Counted from the whole stretch's first letter, positions 1-11,589 are shown. The stretch: DNA of 62,402 bases, filler included, from 14 parts of 14 records of this genome joined end to end with filler, not necessarily neighbours in it; one strand, 5' to 3'. The notes: generated by a model not told the origin, from the sequence alone. Program-made: numbers and translations.

Positions 1-187
1 TTTACAGTGACCGAACTTGTGACAAATGTAGGAGTCTGAAAGGAGTGCACTCCTACATGAATTCACTGAATTCTGACCCACCGAGGGGGGGCCCGGCGTG
101 AGGAAATGCAAATGGTGGTTTTCGGCGGAAGACCGTTGAGGAACGCGTCCGTACGTGCCGCGTTCGGAGCCCGTGTTGACCTACAAA

Positions 188-2734
188 ATGGTGGCCGTGG
201 CGGACTGCCCTCGCTGCCAGCCTGCGAAGGGTGGCGGGTGGCATCCGACGCGCGAGACGACTGTGCTCGTCCCGGCGGGCGATCGGAAACACCACAGCGT
301 GCGCGTGGCGTCCACAGATACGGAGCTCGACGTGCTGCACACGATGCGCTGCCTGAAGGACGAGGCGGCGCGAGCTGCGCGGAGGCGGCGCGGGGAGACC
401 CACGCGGCTGTTATGGCAGCACGGAAAGCTGTGCCACCGCCGCCGCCGCCACCAGATCCGCTCTTGGACCAGGACGCTCAACGAGCTCTTCGAACAGAGC
501 TGCAGCAGGAAAAGCAGCGACTGCTGGCTGCGCAGCAAGAGTTTGCGGATCACATCGAGCGCGTCCGTCAAAGCAAGCGCGCCGCAGCAGACGCGCACGA
601 AGAGAAGCTGAAGAGGCTTGAGCGAGAGCTGATGGAGGTGAAGGACGAGGCAATCGAGCAGGATCGCACGGACATTACGGCCCAGGAGTCTGAGATGCTT
701 GCTGTCATCGTTGCGCGAAGGCGCATTGCGAAAGAAAAGCTGGATGCACGACGAGAGAAAGATCGGCTGAATATGGGGATCGCGGATCAAAAAGAGCTAC
801 TCAAGCTGGGGTTGATGGTCCCGGCTCATTTAACGCTTGCAGCCTCGGCATCGCTGAAGGAGCTGCCGGAAGGTTTTTCACACAAACGTGGCGGGCAGAA
901 GAAGTCGTTCGTCGAATTCTCCACATCAGCTATTGAGGGTCTCGAGACGAGCATCAAGTCAGCGGAGCAGCACAGCGTCAATGCGATCGAAGAGGGCAAA
1001 CGGAGGCGCCTTCGTGCTCTGGAACAGAAATCTAGTCGGTATGTCATGATTGCCCGGCATCAGCGTTTCCGAACCTACTCGCTTACACCGGCGTATGCCG
1101 CTTCTCTGCCCACAGCGCCTCTGCGTCAGCGTACAAGGCTGCCTCTGGAGCCGTCGATGCAATCCCCGAGGCTACCAGCTCGTTGCTTAAGGCCGAGCTT
1201 AGGCACCAGGGCCGAGACGTTCTTCTTCACGGTCACGGAGTCTCGCGTAAGGTCGAGAATAAGCCTAGGGGTGAGGTCGGGGTTGACGAAAGGAAGCTCG
1301 AGGAAGAGATACAGAAAGCTTTCGAAGCCTTGCAAGCGGCTGAGTCGGCACATGGCACCGGAGGCCCCGTCTCTCCACCGTCTGAGCCATCGGTTTGGTC
1401 AGCAAGGCTGAAGGAGCGGCCTCGCGGCGTGAGCAACATTTCGATTTCTCGGTAATATCGTCCGCCTAATCCGGATTTGACTGATCAAGGCATACAAGAG
1501 CGTTCAGAAGCTTCTCGTTTCTACTCTTGGGATTTGCGCTGTTTCGACGGCTCACACACAACGTTCCGTTTGTCTGGTGCGCAGCGAGGTGCTTCGCCGT
1601 AGCACAGGCGAGAGCACGCGTGGACCGAGTGGCGGTAAAACAACTCTCATACCAACGGACTCATGTTTGGCAGCATTAATATTCATCTGAGTGCTTGTGC
1701 AGAGTTTGCAACGGTGCTAGAGTATGCCATGTACGCCGATCTCACTGAATGTACCCGGGTTTTTTTATGTGGTAAACATTACAGGGCGTGAAGGTGCCGT
1801 TTGCGACAAGCCTCCGTATGTGGAACCAGGGATCTTCACCACAGATTGGGGCATATCGCGCCAACGCTCACAAGGTGAGGAAGACATTGCGGATATGACC
1901 GAAGAAGATTGGGCAGCCCAGATGAACGCTGTGCGGTGCGTACTTCTCGGTGCACAAGTTGGATGTTGTGCCTGTTTCTGCACTGACAGCAGCACTTAGT
2001 GCACACGTTCACTTAGTGCACACGTTCTCAAGTCTGGCGGGGCACCGAACCCTACTTGTGGTCTATGCGATGAGCGCAATGTGCCTGAGACGTCTTATAC
2101 CTTTGTCTCGTAGGGACTGGGAATTGGGTGGGCTGGCAGCACTTGAGGAGGAAGACAGAGTAGAGCACGCGCGTTACATGCAAGGCAAAGCAATACGCGA
2201 GAAAATTGCTGACCCAGACTGGCGGCCTTGGCGGTACGTCCTTATCCACCTGGATTTTATAGATAAACTCAGTCAATTGACATCCACCGGCAACGTGCCT
2301 AGACAGGTTGTTGCATCGGACGAGGAACTTAATGTCTTGTGTGGTTTGCTCTCCTACGCGCCGCGTGCTACCCGCTGCTTTTATGTCGCAGAGAAAAAGT
2401 TTGGAAACCTACAAAGAGCAAGCGTAGCACTCGGCAAAAGGTCCAACTCGATCTGGATGCTCAGATATCGACTTTGGGTGCAAGCAGGATTGACCAATCA
2501 TCACCGGCCCATACATTCGATAAGGCTCCGAGGTTCGGTTCTGGCGCGGCTCCGGTCGGCCTACCAAGGGAAGAGGAAGCTGACGCATCTTCGCCTCCAG
2601 AAAGTGAACTTGCGCACGTAAGTGTTGTGGAGCGAGTGGCAGAGGTGGAGGCCAGAGAAGCAGTGGCAGCCGAGAATACGGCAAGCATCTCACAATCTGG
2701 TGGTGGACGCCAGATCCGCAGAGAAATCCCGTGA
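188..2734 (+). CDS. multi-exon coiled-coil protein of unknown function
   Basis: ATG at 188 in a good context; E/K/R/Q-rich helical ORF to ~1038; GT-AG introns join it to in-frame pieces 1183..1455, ~1786-1930, ~2113-2233 and 2391..2734 (TGG CG|gtacgt...gtcgcag|A GAA AAA GTT restores frame). Middle exon boundaries uncertain. Confidence 0.55.
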
Positions 2735-2998
2735 CGATTTCGACAAGGTTCATCAATTGACCAGACTGTCTTGGCTAGCTCTATCTACATACCATAGTTT
2801 CCTCGACTGTCACAGCATCGTGCCTTGTGTCACTCACCGTGGTTCTCATGGCCTAGCCCACCTCCTGACTGATACCGTGCTCCAGCACCGCTCCCTGGCC
2901 CCCTTTTCACATCAGCTTTGGGGCAATGTATATCCAACAATTCGCCTGAAGCACAATCACCATCAGTAGCTGCAAGGATCGGTTATTCAATGGTTGCC

Positions 2999-4239
2999 TC
3001 AATTCAATTTCTCACCACCAAACACGCAAAGATTGCGGTTTGTAATGCGCCGATCCATTCCGTGAATGAAGCGACCTCCATATGTCCCTGCAAAGCGCCA
3101 ACCGGTCGAGATGCCAGCACAACATTATTAAGACCGACCGCACTCAAATCTTAGTAGGAAGTGACGACCACATTTAGCATGTGTAAAAGCAAAGTCAAAA
3201 CTTAGTAGCAAGCGCAATAGACCGCATTTCTCTGTTGTCAGATGTTTCGTACCGGCGAGCACCCCAACCATTGCTGCGTATCGTTGCTCATCCGCTGTTG
3301 TCAACCACACATCCAGAGCAGCTGGTGGTATCAGCGACTGAAGTTGCATTCAGAGCAATACGCGACGTTAGCGCACCAACTCGCGTAGTTCGTTGCACTG
3401 TATAAATTCCATCGCGGATGCAACATGGGATGGTAGCCCAGCACCCTCTAGTCAGCGCACAACCAACGACATAGCAGAACATCGAAATGCTCTCAGACTG
3501 AGAACCTCCGCATTGTAACTGTTCGTGAGATCTTCACCATGTTTTTCGAATTCAACACAGGTTTGCATCGTTGCTGGAGGTAATGCGCTGTAGTGGCGAA
3601 GTCCTTACTTTGCTGCGATTGCCCGCTCCACGCCAACCTTGCTCACTTCATTGCAGCCTGGTATACACATGCAACCAAGACGTTGACCAATACATTCGAA
3701 ACGATGGGAACCATCAAACGGACGACGCATACAACCATTTCATCATCCCATGCGAGATTCTGACCCACCGTGTACGCTCACAACGAATGCCCCTTGCTCA
3801 ATCGTCACCTCGGACATATCTCCTTCTACGAACTGCAAGTTCGGCAGTACTCTACCTGCCCTGTTCTGCCTCCCCGCTGCAGGTGGACTTTCTGCACCTA
3901 TATCAACCACAAGCGCGACACAATATTCTCTTGTATAATCTTCAGTTGCCTACAGTACACATACCTTTGGGCGCACCTGGCTCTGCCGTTTTCACATCTA
4001 GTTGATTCTCGGCGGATCCACTTGACGCCTCACCGAGTTCCTGGACATTTCAGTTCCATCAGTCACCACGCAACATCGCCAATGCAGTATGATATGACTG
4101 TCTCCATCGCACAGGCTAGCCTCCATTACACGCAACTTGCACGATCCTGTGGGTTGTCACAAAGAGGTGTATTCTTACCTCAAACGCTGATAGGAAAGCA
4201 TCGAATCCTGGTCGACGTTCAAGGTCAACGCATACTACT
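2999..4239 (-). CDS. spliced class I SAM-dependent methyltransferase (Methyltransf_32/METTL25-like), 5' part beyond contig end
   Basis: Exons joined at GT-AG sites read VVCVDLERRPGFDAFLSAFE / ELGEAS...GAPK / ...LQFVEGDMSEVTIEQGAFVVSVH / GCNEVSKVGVERAIAA / GCWATIPCCIRDG... / DEQRYAAMVGVLA / GTYGGRFIHGMDRRITNRNLCVFGGEKLN*. Matches the motif-II acidic strand, H-x-C, PCC and terminal RN pattern of this family. Not in the ORF track as one protein. Confidence 0.7.
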
Positions 4240-4350
4240 CTGTGAACGCGTTTACACATGCACAGTTCAATGCTGACAGCACCAGAGAATATCCAGAACA
4301 GTGGGAGCAGCTAGAGCAAGTGAGATTGACTACGCACCGTAACTGTGGTA

Positions 4351-4450
4351 NNNNNNNNNNNNNNNNNNNNNNNNNNNNNNNNNNNNNNNNNNNNTTAATT
4401 AATTAANNNNNNNNNNNNNNNNNNNNNNNNNNNNNNNNNNNNNNNNNNNN
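4351..4450. other. artificial contig spacer
   Basis: 44 N + TTAATTAATTAA + 44 N. Confidence 0.99.
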
Positions 4451-4456
4451 ATGAAA

Positions 4457-4476
4457 TTGTCATTGTCATTGTCATT
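4457..4476 (+). repeat. (TTGTCA)3 short tandem repeat at contig start
   Basis: atgaaa-ttgtcattgtcattgtcatt. Confidence 0.8.
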
Positions 4477-4669
4477 TGTATCCGGACATCGTCGTAATCC
4501 GCGCCGCGCGCCGCACTGTGGGAATCGAAAAAAATGCCGCGCCGCCGGTGCGCGTATGAAATAAAGTGCCCCGGCGCGTGCGTGGGACTGGTTTAAAACC
4601 TCGCGCTGCTGGCCAGTTGTACTGAGACTATCAGCAGCGCGCACGGCGATCGGCACTTGCGCCTTGCGA

Positions 4670-6310
4670 ATGACGCTGCTGGCGTTGGCTGGACTTGTCG
4701 TTGGGCTCGTGGCGTCGGTGTCGGCTTCTAAAAGCCTCTGTGGACCTTATCATACGACTCCCGACGGCCTGGATTATGGCCCACAGTTCCACATCATGGG
4801 CGCGATCAATTCGCTGGCACATCAGTGGCCCGATCAGAGTTGCTGCGTCAACGATGTCAATGGCATCTTCACGCGCAACGGCGTTCACCATGTGATGCAC
4901 CAGCATGGGTTCTTGTCAATCGCACATGTTGTCAGCACGGACCTCGTGCACTGGCACAGGGTTCCCGATGCTGTCGGCGCGAACCCGTGGCACGACGGGT
5001 CTGCTTGGGACGGTTCTGTATCCCTGCTGCCGGAGCCAATCGGTCCGATCATCATGTACGACTCGCCACCTGAGCCGTCTAACATTTCTCTCGCACGAGC
5101 GGCTGACACCACCGACCCTTTCCTTCTGAAATGGACCAAAGCTGGGCCGATGGTGCACGATGATCCGTGGCATCTGGATATGGACGGCGCGAAGGTTGAT
5201 TTTCCGAGCAATGTCTGGAAGAACGGCGACCACTGGAATATGCTCATCAACGTCAGGGAACCCAACGTCAGCAGCCACGATCCACATGCAATGAGTACCG
5301 CTCGGTTTCAGACAACCAACGCTTCTTTGGAGTCATGGCAGCTAGTCGATTGGCATTTCCACGAGTCAGTTGGGGACGGCAGCGACTCCTTCTTTCCGCT
5401 GGTCAAGAACGCGCCAGGACGTTCCGTTGCTGAACAAGGGTCCTCGACATCCCCACCCCCGCTGCCACAGTGGATGCTGAACGTCCATCTCGGTGAGCAG
5501 TTTGCGATTGGGATTTACGACCCTGTGCGTGAGAGGTTCACACCAAACAACGTGACCTACACCGCCGAATACGGAGCAAACCCCAAGCACTCAGCAGCTG
5601 CGACGTGGTTCGCTACAGGGCCTTCGTCGAACAATCGGACGATCACGATAGGATGGTTGAGTGGTTTGGGAGGGGGCAATCAATCGCAGTTGTCGTGTGT
5701 CCGTGAGCTGACCTGGAATCCAGACGAAGAGGCGCTGCTGTCCAATCCAGTTGAGGAGTACGCACTCTTGCGAAACAGCACTTTGGCGTCAGTCGAGAAC
5801 CTCTCGCTCGCAGGGAGCCACAGTCTTGTGAGGAGCGGCGCAGGCAGCAGTGATCTAGAGGCCGAGTTCACCGTGCCGTCGACGTTGGCAGTGGAGTTTG
5901 GCGTGCACGCATTCGTCGATGAAGGGTCAGGTCGTGCTGTTGTGACCGTAAACGTCACTCTCGAGGCGGAGACCGACAATGGAAGAGCTGGCTGGGTCAA
6001 CGCTTCGATACAATCTAACCTGACGACACTCAAAGATTCAAATCGTGGAAATGTCTGGGGCGGACCATTCCACTTGCCAAAAGGGGAGCGACAGGTGCAG
6101 CTTCGATCCCTTCTGGACCGTACCTCCGTGGAGAGTTTCGTTGGGGGAGGGCGCGCCGTTGTGACTGCTGTCTCCAGAGAGCCCATGGCGCTTAAAGCGT
6201 TTGGTGTGGGCTTGTTCGGTACGCCCGGCGTTCAAGTGACGGCGATGCTGCATGGAATGGGTTGTGGGTGGCTAGATCACATGCCAACTCCCCCGGCCGG
6301 CCCGTTCTGA
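4670..6310 (+). CDS. secreted glycoside hydrolase family 32 (invertase/fructanase-like), divergent active site
   Basis: Signal peptide MTLLALAGLVVGLVASVSA; QFHI...VNDVNG (NDPNG nucleophile motif), AHVVSTDLVHW, WDGS, IGW, RELT, C-terminal beta-sandwich LLDRTSVESFVGGGR. ATG at 4670 preferred over TTG 4664. Confidence 0.88.
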   Translation: MTLLALAGLVVGLVASVSASKSLCGPYHTTPDGLDYGPQFHIMGAINSLAHQWPDQSCCVNDVNGIFTRNGVHHVMHQHGFLSIAHVVSTDLVHWHRVPDAVGANPWHDGSAWDGSVSLLPEPIGPIIMYDSPPEPSNISLARAADTTDPFLLKWTKAGPMVHDDPWHLDMDGAKVDFPSNVWKNGDHWNMLINVREPNVSSHDPHAMSTARFQTTNASLESWQLVDWHFHESVGDGSDSFFPLVKNAPGRSVAEQGSSTSPPPLPQWMLNVHLGEQFAIGIYDPVRERFTPNNVTYTAEYGANPKHSAAATWFATGPSSNNRTITIGWLSGLGGGNQSQLSCVRELTWNPDEEALLSNPVEEYALLRNSTLASVENLSLAGSHSLVRSGAGSSDLEAEFTVPSTLAVEFGVHAFVDEGSGRAVVTVNVTLEAETDNGRAGWVNASIQSNLTTLKDSNRGNVWGGPFHLPKGERQVQLRSLLDRTSVESFVGGGRAVVTAVSREPMALKAFGVGLFGTPGVQVTAMLHGMGCGWLDHMPTPPAGPF

Positions 6311-6711
6311 ATTTCGACATTCTAAAAGGTACTCTGTTCCACTTCTGACCTGCCCTGCTACTAGTCTACTGCATGGACTTTGGGAACGAGTGAGCAACGC
6401 ACGGCTTGCCAAAGATGGAATAGCTTAAATGGATAAAAGAGCGAAAGGCTAAGGCAGTACCCTAGTACAATAATGGAGGAACCAGTTGGATCACCAAGTG
6501 TATAATTTTGATAACTCTTCTGGATCTTTGCAGTGGCAGCAATTTCTGTTCGCATGGAACAGACACCTATAATAATCTTGCGAAGTGCCTGAAACTCAAG
6601 CCTTGCATCCCAATTTGACTGGCTCGTCCACTTCAAAATAATATCTGCGCGTCTTTTACTCAGCATCCACCCGACCCACACTATTGGATCACGTCGGGTC
6701 CATGGTGGCAA

Positions 6712-7833
6712 TCATCTTTGTTTGACAGTAGAGCCATGCAAGACATCCACGCCAGCTGGGGAGTGCTGCTGCACCTCATCGACAATGTGTTTGCTCCATC
6801 CAATCAACCGAACGGACCGCAGCTGTGCCGCTCGTCCAATAAGCCGACAGAGTGGTTCCGCCTGCTGATCGCTCAGCGCGCCATCATGCAGCGTTAGCAC
6901 ATGCATTTCGTCCACACGTAGCCGGCAAATCAGCTGGCGCTTCTTATCCTCGCTAAGGGATATTTGCAGAGTTTGTAGTGCCGTGCAATGCTTGGCTAGC
7001 CACCTGTACCCACACCCTTGCATGTGTGGTGGTCGGGCTGCTGCATCACTGCACCCAGGACAACGGTAGCAAGCTCAGAATCTATGCAATCGCAATCTGG
7101 GACCCGTGCACGGTAGATGAGACTCACGGCGAGGGGTTAAGGCTGAGTTCGCGCAGGCTCGAACCACGTGTTTTGAAGAGCAGCTTGAGGTCTGGATTGC
7201 TGATATTGTGTGCCCTCACTTTGCCGTACTGGCATACAAAACGTTCCACATTCGGTACGACCGAGAGCAACAGCTCCATTGAACCTCTCGGGAAGAAGCT
7301 GCAGTACACTGCGTTGACCTTCTGCGGGTCCTCGGCAGCATGGATGGCAGTCGAGAGTCCCGCCCTTGATGAACACCGAGTAAGGTCCAGCACACCGCTG
7401 CTGTCAGTGCCATTCCCGCCAGCTGGTGTGGCCCCAGCGCTACCTGCTCCGGTAGAATGCGACTAACCGAGGTGAGCCATGGTTGCCACAACAGTAGTAG
7501 AGTACATGTACCGATGATCCCTGCTCGGTCGGCATCCGCCCACTGACCACTCAGCAAAACCGGCTGGGACGACGTGCGGATCACTAGCGACTACCAATCG
7601 CCGTACGGTAATATCTTCTAATCTGGCTGGTGAGTGAGTGAATGAGTGAGTGAGGAGGGAGTGTGCACACACGCACATGTCGCAGACTCGCTTGAATTCG
7701 TCGGCGGAGGTAGGCTTGCTGTACTAGTACTCGTAGCATCAGCCTCTTGCCACCGGGTTATCAACCTCTTGGCGGGCCTGCTGCTGCTCAGCTCAGCAGC
7801 CTCCCTGCTAGATGCACGTCTCCTCCCGGCCAT
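6712..7833 (-). CDS. multi-exon LRR/RNI-like protein
   Basis: ATG 7833 (MAGRRRASS); exons include LxxLxL units SLRELSLN, ALQTLQIS, QLRSVRLI; GT-AG introns between ORF pieces 7618..7953, 7463..7678, 7124..7393 and 6712..7023. Confidence 0.55.
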
Positions 7834-7955
7834 CCCCGTCCGTCGCCGGCGCCGGCGGCGCCGCCGCGCCGGGCGCGCGCGCGGGTGCGTGCGATGCCGC
7901 GGCCAGCGCAGCGACGACCTAGCCAGGGTTCCGTTCCGTTGCACAGGTGGCACCT

Positions 7956-8055
7956 NNNNNNNNNNNNNNNNNNNNNNNNNNNNNNNNNNNNNNNNNNNNT
8001 TAATTAATTAANNNNNNNNNNNNNNNNNNNNNNNNNNNNNNNNNNNNNNNNNNNN
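7956..8055. other. artificial contig spacer
   Basis: 44 N + TTAATTAATTAA + 44 N. Confidence 0.99.
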
Positions 8056-9810
8056 CCGCAGTTTATTCGCCACCCAGACTCGTGGTTTTCAATGATGTGG
8101 GACCTACTGCAATTGGTGATGCTGCTCATGGTTTGCTATTATGTACCACTTCGGACTGGCTTCGACTTGTCGGTAGTCCTCTGGTCGTACGAGTTCTGGC
8201 AGGATGCATTCATTGACGTGTACTTCATCCTCGACATCATCATCCAGTTTCGATCGGCGTACTGGGACAGCTCGGGCGTACTCGTCGTCGACACTCGTCC
8301 TATCAGGAACAAATATCTCTCTGGATGGTTTGCGATAGACTTCGTCTGTGTTTTGCCGCTCGGGTACATCGGGTACTTCATCGGAGATGGCGGCGAGGGT
8401 AGTGCCTCCTTCCGCGCAGTCAAGTCGCTACGCCTCTTGCGGATGGGAAAGATGATGCGGCTGGCGAAGGTCTACAAGATGGTTCAGAAATACGACAGCA
8501 TCGCTGAACTGAAGCCTCTCATTGCGATCTTTGGACTTATTTTCCTGGTAATGTTGGCGAGCCACTTGCTTGCGTGTTTTTGGTTCCTTATCGGTGTTGA
8601 AGATCAGATCATGGAGAGACAGGCTGGTGCGGGAGTGACCGTTCTCAAGGGATGGGTCAATCAAAAGGCGGAAGAAGATGACTGGTGGGGTGAACTCGGC
8701 CGGAACGCGACACTGTCGACACGTTACGTAACATCGATGTATGGCATTTTCAACGCGCTTGAAAACGGATTCACGGACAGCGAAAAGGGGTTCGCGATCT
8801 TTGCGGAGCTCATCGTTGGTTCTGTTATCTACGGTGGTTTGGCCGCGGTGCTCTCGGCAGCTATGATGGAGGCACAACAGTCATCTGAAGAGTTCAATAA
8901 GAATTACAAGGCCATGAAGTCATGGATGACTGCTCGGAAGGTGGCAAGCAACTACCAGAAGCAAGTTCTAGCCTGCTACTCTCACAAGTTCAAGGATTCC
9001 ACGACTTTCAACGAAGAACAGCTGCTGGCGGAACTACCCCCTGCGATGGCGTCGAATCTGATGGAGAAGCTTTACGGCAAATTCGTCGCAGATGTGCCTT
9101 ACTTTCGCGGTCTCGACCAGACAATCATCATTCGCCTTTCGCAGGAAATCAAGACGCTGACTGCTGAAAGAGGTAGCGCAATCATGGAAGAGGGGAGAGT
9201 AGGCAAAGAGATGTTCATTCTTGTCGACGGCGAGGTGATGGTAGAGCAGCAGGGGATCGAACTGGGCTTCTTCAATCGACCAGGCTCTTTTTTCGGAGAG
9301 AATCCGGTCATATACTGGGACGAGAGCTCTGAGCGGCGCGAGAGGACTGTCCGTGCAGTCACCGACTGCTTCCTCGTCTTCCTTGACCAGGAGGCGGTGA
9401 TGCAGGTGGCGCAACGGTACCCTGAGCTTGAGCAAAAAATCAGTGAATTTCAGCGCCTGGGTCACAAGCATGGAAAACGCAAACCAGTACGCAAACCAGT
9501 ACGACGAACTGGTGCCAAAAATGACCACGCAACCGACGGAGGCGGCAACGGACGAGAAGGAGCAGACGGAGCAAGAAACGATGAAAACTCGGGCAGAGAG
9601 CCATCAACGGCCGCTGTGTCAACCGAGTTGTCAGCACACATTGACCGGAAGTTCGCGGCACTGCGGACTGTGATGGTGCAAGAGATGCAAGATGAAATCC
9701 AAGTGTGCTTTTCAAGAATGGAGTCAAAACTCCTCTCGGCGATGCAGGACTCAGGGCGGAAAGAAGGGAATAGTGACCCGCATGGGCGTGGAACAGCCAC
9801 GCGACCATGA
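8056..9810 (+). CDS. cyclic-nucleotide-binding-domain (KCNH/HCN/CNG-like) 6TM channel, 5' partial, pore signature absent
   Basis: FIRHPDS..WD S1, S2 DVYFILDIIIQFRSAY, S3 YLSGWFAIDF, S4 RAVKSLRLLRMGKMMRLAK, S5 SHLLACFWF, C-linker LAELPPAM, CNBD GKEMFIL...GSFFGE...RERTVRAVTDC. Frame open to contig start. Confidence 0.9.
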   Translation, partial: PQFIRHPDSWFSMMWDLLQLVMLLMVCYYVPLRTGFDLSVVLWSYEFWQDAFIDVYFILDIIIQFRSAYWDSSGVLVVDTRPIRNKYLSGWFAIDFVCVLPLGYIGYFIGDGGEGSASFRAVKSLRLLRMGKMMRLAKVYKMVQKYDSIAELKPLIAIFGLIFLVMLASHLLACFWFLIGVEDQIMERQAGAGVTVLKGWVNQKAEEDDWWGELGRNATLSTRYVTSMYGIFNALENGFTDSEKGFAIFAELIVGSVIYGGLAAVLSAAMMEAQQSSEEFNKNYKAMKSWMTARKVASNYQKQVLACYSHKFKDSTTFNEEQLLAELPPAMASNLMEKLYGKFVADVPYFRGLDQTIIIRLSQEIKTLTAERGSAIMEEGRVGKEMFILVDGEVMVEQQGIELGFFNRPGSFFGENPVIYWDESSERRERTVRAVTDCFLVFLDQEAVMQVAQRYPELEQKISEFQRLGHKHGKRKPVRKPVRRTGAKNDHATDGGGNGREGADGARNDENSGREPSTAAVSTELSAHIDRKFAALRTVMVQEMQDEIQVCFSRMESKLLSAMQDSGRKEGNSDPHGRGTATRP

Positions 9811-9970
9811 CCTCTGCCAACGCATGGTAGACGGACGTACGAATTATAATTGAGTGAGTTGTTTTCCTGGATAGATCATCTCAGCTTTCATTCCTAGCAT
9901 GATGCTTGCGCCAACACAGCACAGCACTTTTTCCGAGCGCTTCTACACAACAGTCTCGCTTCTCATCCGC

Positions 9971-11160
9971 CTACAATTTCGAGCCGCCGAGGATCGTTGC
10001 TAGACGGGAGTCAAAGGTATCGTACGCATCGTGGATGAAGTTCTGCACAAGCTCAGCCACAGTCGGAATGTCGTTGATCAAGCCTACCGACTGACCCGCC
10101 GACCACTGACCGCCGTCCGGATCGCCGTTCCTCTCGGCTTCACGGCCACGTGTCCCCGCGATCAGCGGGAAGACATCATCGATCTTAAACTCACCCTCGA
10201 GCTTGCTGTCCTCAATTGCAGCAGCCTCGATCAGGGGTGAGTTGCGGTAGAATCGCGTCGGGTCGCCAAGTTTTCGGTTAATGACAACGGTGTCCAGTTC
10301 GGTGGACTCAACTGCACGTTGCTTGTACTCAGTCGGCCACATGCACTCCTGTGTGATGCAGACCCGTGTCCCGAGGTTGACACCATCTGCCCCGAGGGCA
10401 AGGCATGCAGCCAGCTGAGCCCCTGTGGCCACGCCGCCCGACGCGATGAACGGAACGGACAGCTGCTTGGATGCGGACGCCAGCAAGACCAGATTGCCGA
10501 CGTCGTCGCGGCCAGGGTGGCCGGCACACTCGAATCCGTCGACGGACAGGATGTCGACACCGTACCTCTCCGCCGAGAGAGCATGGCGCACCGACGTGCA
10601 CTTGTGGATGCAGATGATGCCAGCATTCTTCGCCTTCTGCACGATGGCGGCGAGCTGGCCTCCGCCGCTACCGGCGGTCTCCAGCACCGGCACGCCCTCC
10701 TCGACAATGCAGTCGACAAAGCCTTCGTACGGGGGAGGACGCGCCGCTGGCAAGATGGTCAGATTCACACCGAACGGCTTGTCGCCACACAGCTCCTTGG
10801 CCTTGCGGATCCAGGCGCGCCCATTCTCGATCATCTCTTCATCGGTCGAGCCGCCTGCATTATGGATGGCAAAGACGCCGAGGCCGCCGGCGGCCGACAT
10901 GCAGGCCGCAAGCTCGGGCGTGCCGACGCCGGTCATGCCTCCCATTACGATCGGGTACCTGCACCGCAGCGACGGCGAGCCAGCTCGTGAGACCCAGTGC
11001 GGCATGGGGCAGGAGGGTCAGAGAAAGCAGGCACGCACTCGATCTCCAGGATCTCTGTCACGCGCGTCTTCATCGGCTTCGCCCGCGCAGCATGCTCCTT
11101 GCGCGGCTCGACCGGCGGGTAGGCCACCCCCTTCTTGCCCTCATTCCAGTACTGGCTCAT
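9971..11160 (-). CDS. nitronate monooxygenase / 2-nitropropane dioxygenase-like flavoprotein with C-terminal SKL
   Basis: Removing the 80-bp intron 10959-11038 gives MKTRVTEILEIEYPIVMGGM; also AAGGLG, KPFGVNL, DGFECAGHPG, IASGG, GADGVNLGTR, WSAGQSVGLINDIP; ends GGSKL*. Confidence 0.92.
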
Positions 11161-11489
11161 CTGCCTCGTTCGCAGCCTGCGAAAAGACGTACCACCTTCC
11201 TCCTGTGACTGTGACCGCCGCTTGTGTGGTGAGGTCGGCTGTATAATACACGGTGTATAATGCGGCTTCTCGTTCTCGTACAGTACCCGGTAATAGTAGC
11301 CACGCAGTGCAGCCACGCCCGCCGCCCCTTCCCCCTTCCGGTCGTGTCAACGGCCGTGTCGCGAAAACTTGCCGGCACGCCATGGACCACCGGTATCAAA
11401 ACAGTGCACATACATGTACCTAGGTACAGATCGATCATGTATACCGGTAGAGTATACCGAGTGACCAAGAGTCAGAGTTAGCATGCAAT

Positions 11490-11589
11490 NNNNNNNNNNN
11501 NNNNNNNNNNNNNNNNNNNNNNNNNNNNNNNNNTTAATTAATTAANNNNNNNNNNNNNNNNNNNNNNNNNNNNNNNNNNNNNNNNNNNN
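11490..11589. other. artificial contig spacer
   Basis: 44 N + TTAATTAATTAA + 44 N. Confidence 0.99.

Noticed and set aside
26-58. ATGTAGGAGT/ACTCCTACAT inverted repeat as a terminator or TIR
   Set aside because: Single short hairpin at the window edge in a eukaryote; no partner end or U-tract.
6361-6711. 116-aa minus-strand ORF
   Set aside because: TTG start, AT-richer, lies in the 3' regions of two convergent genes.
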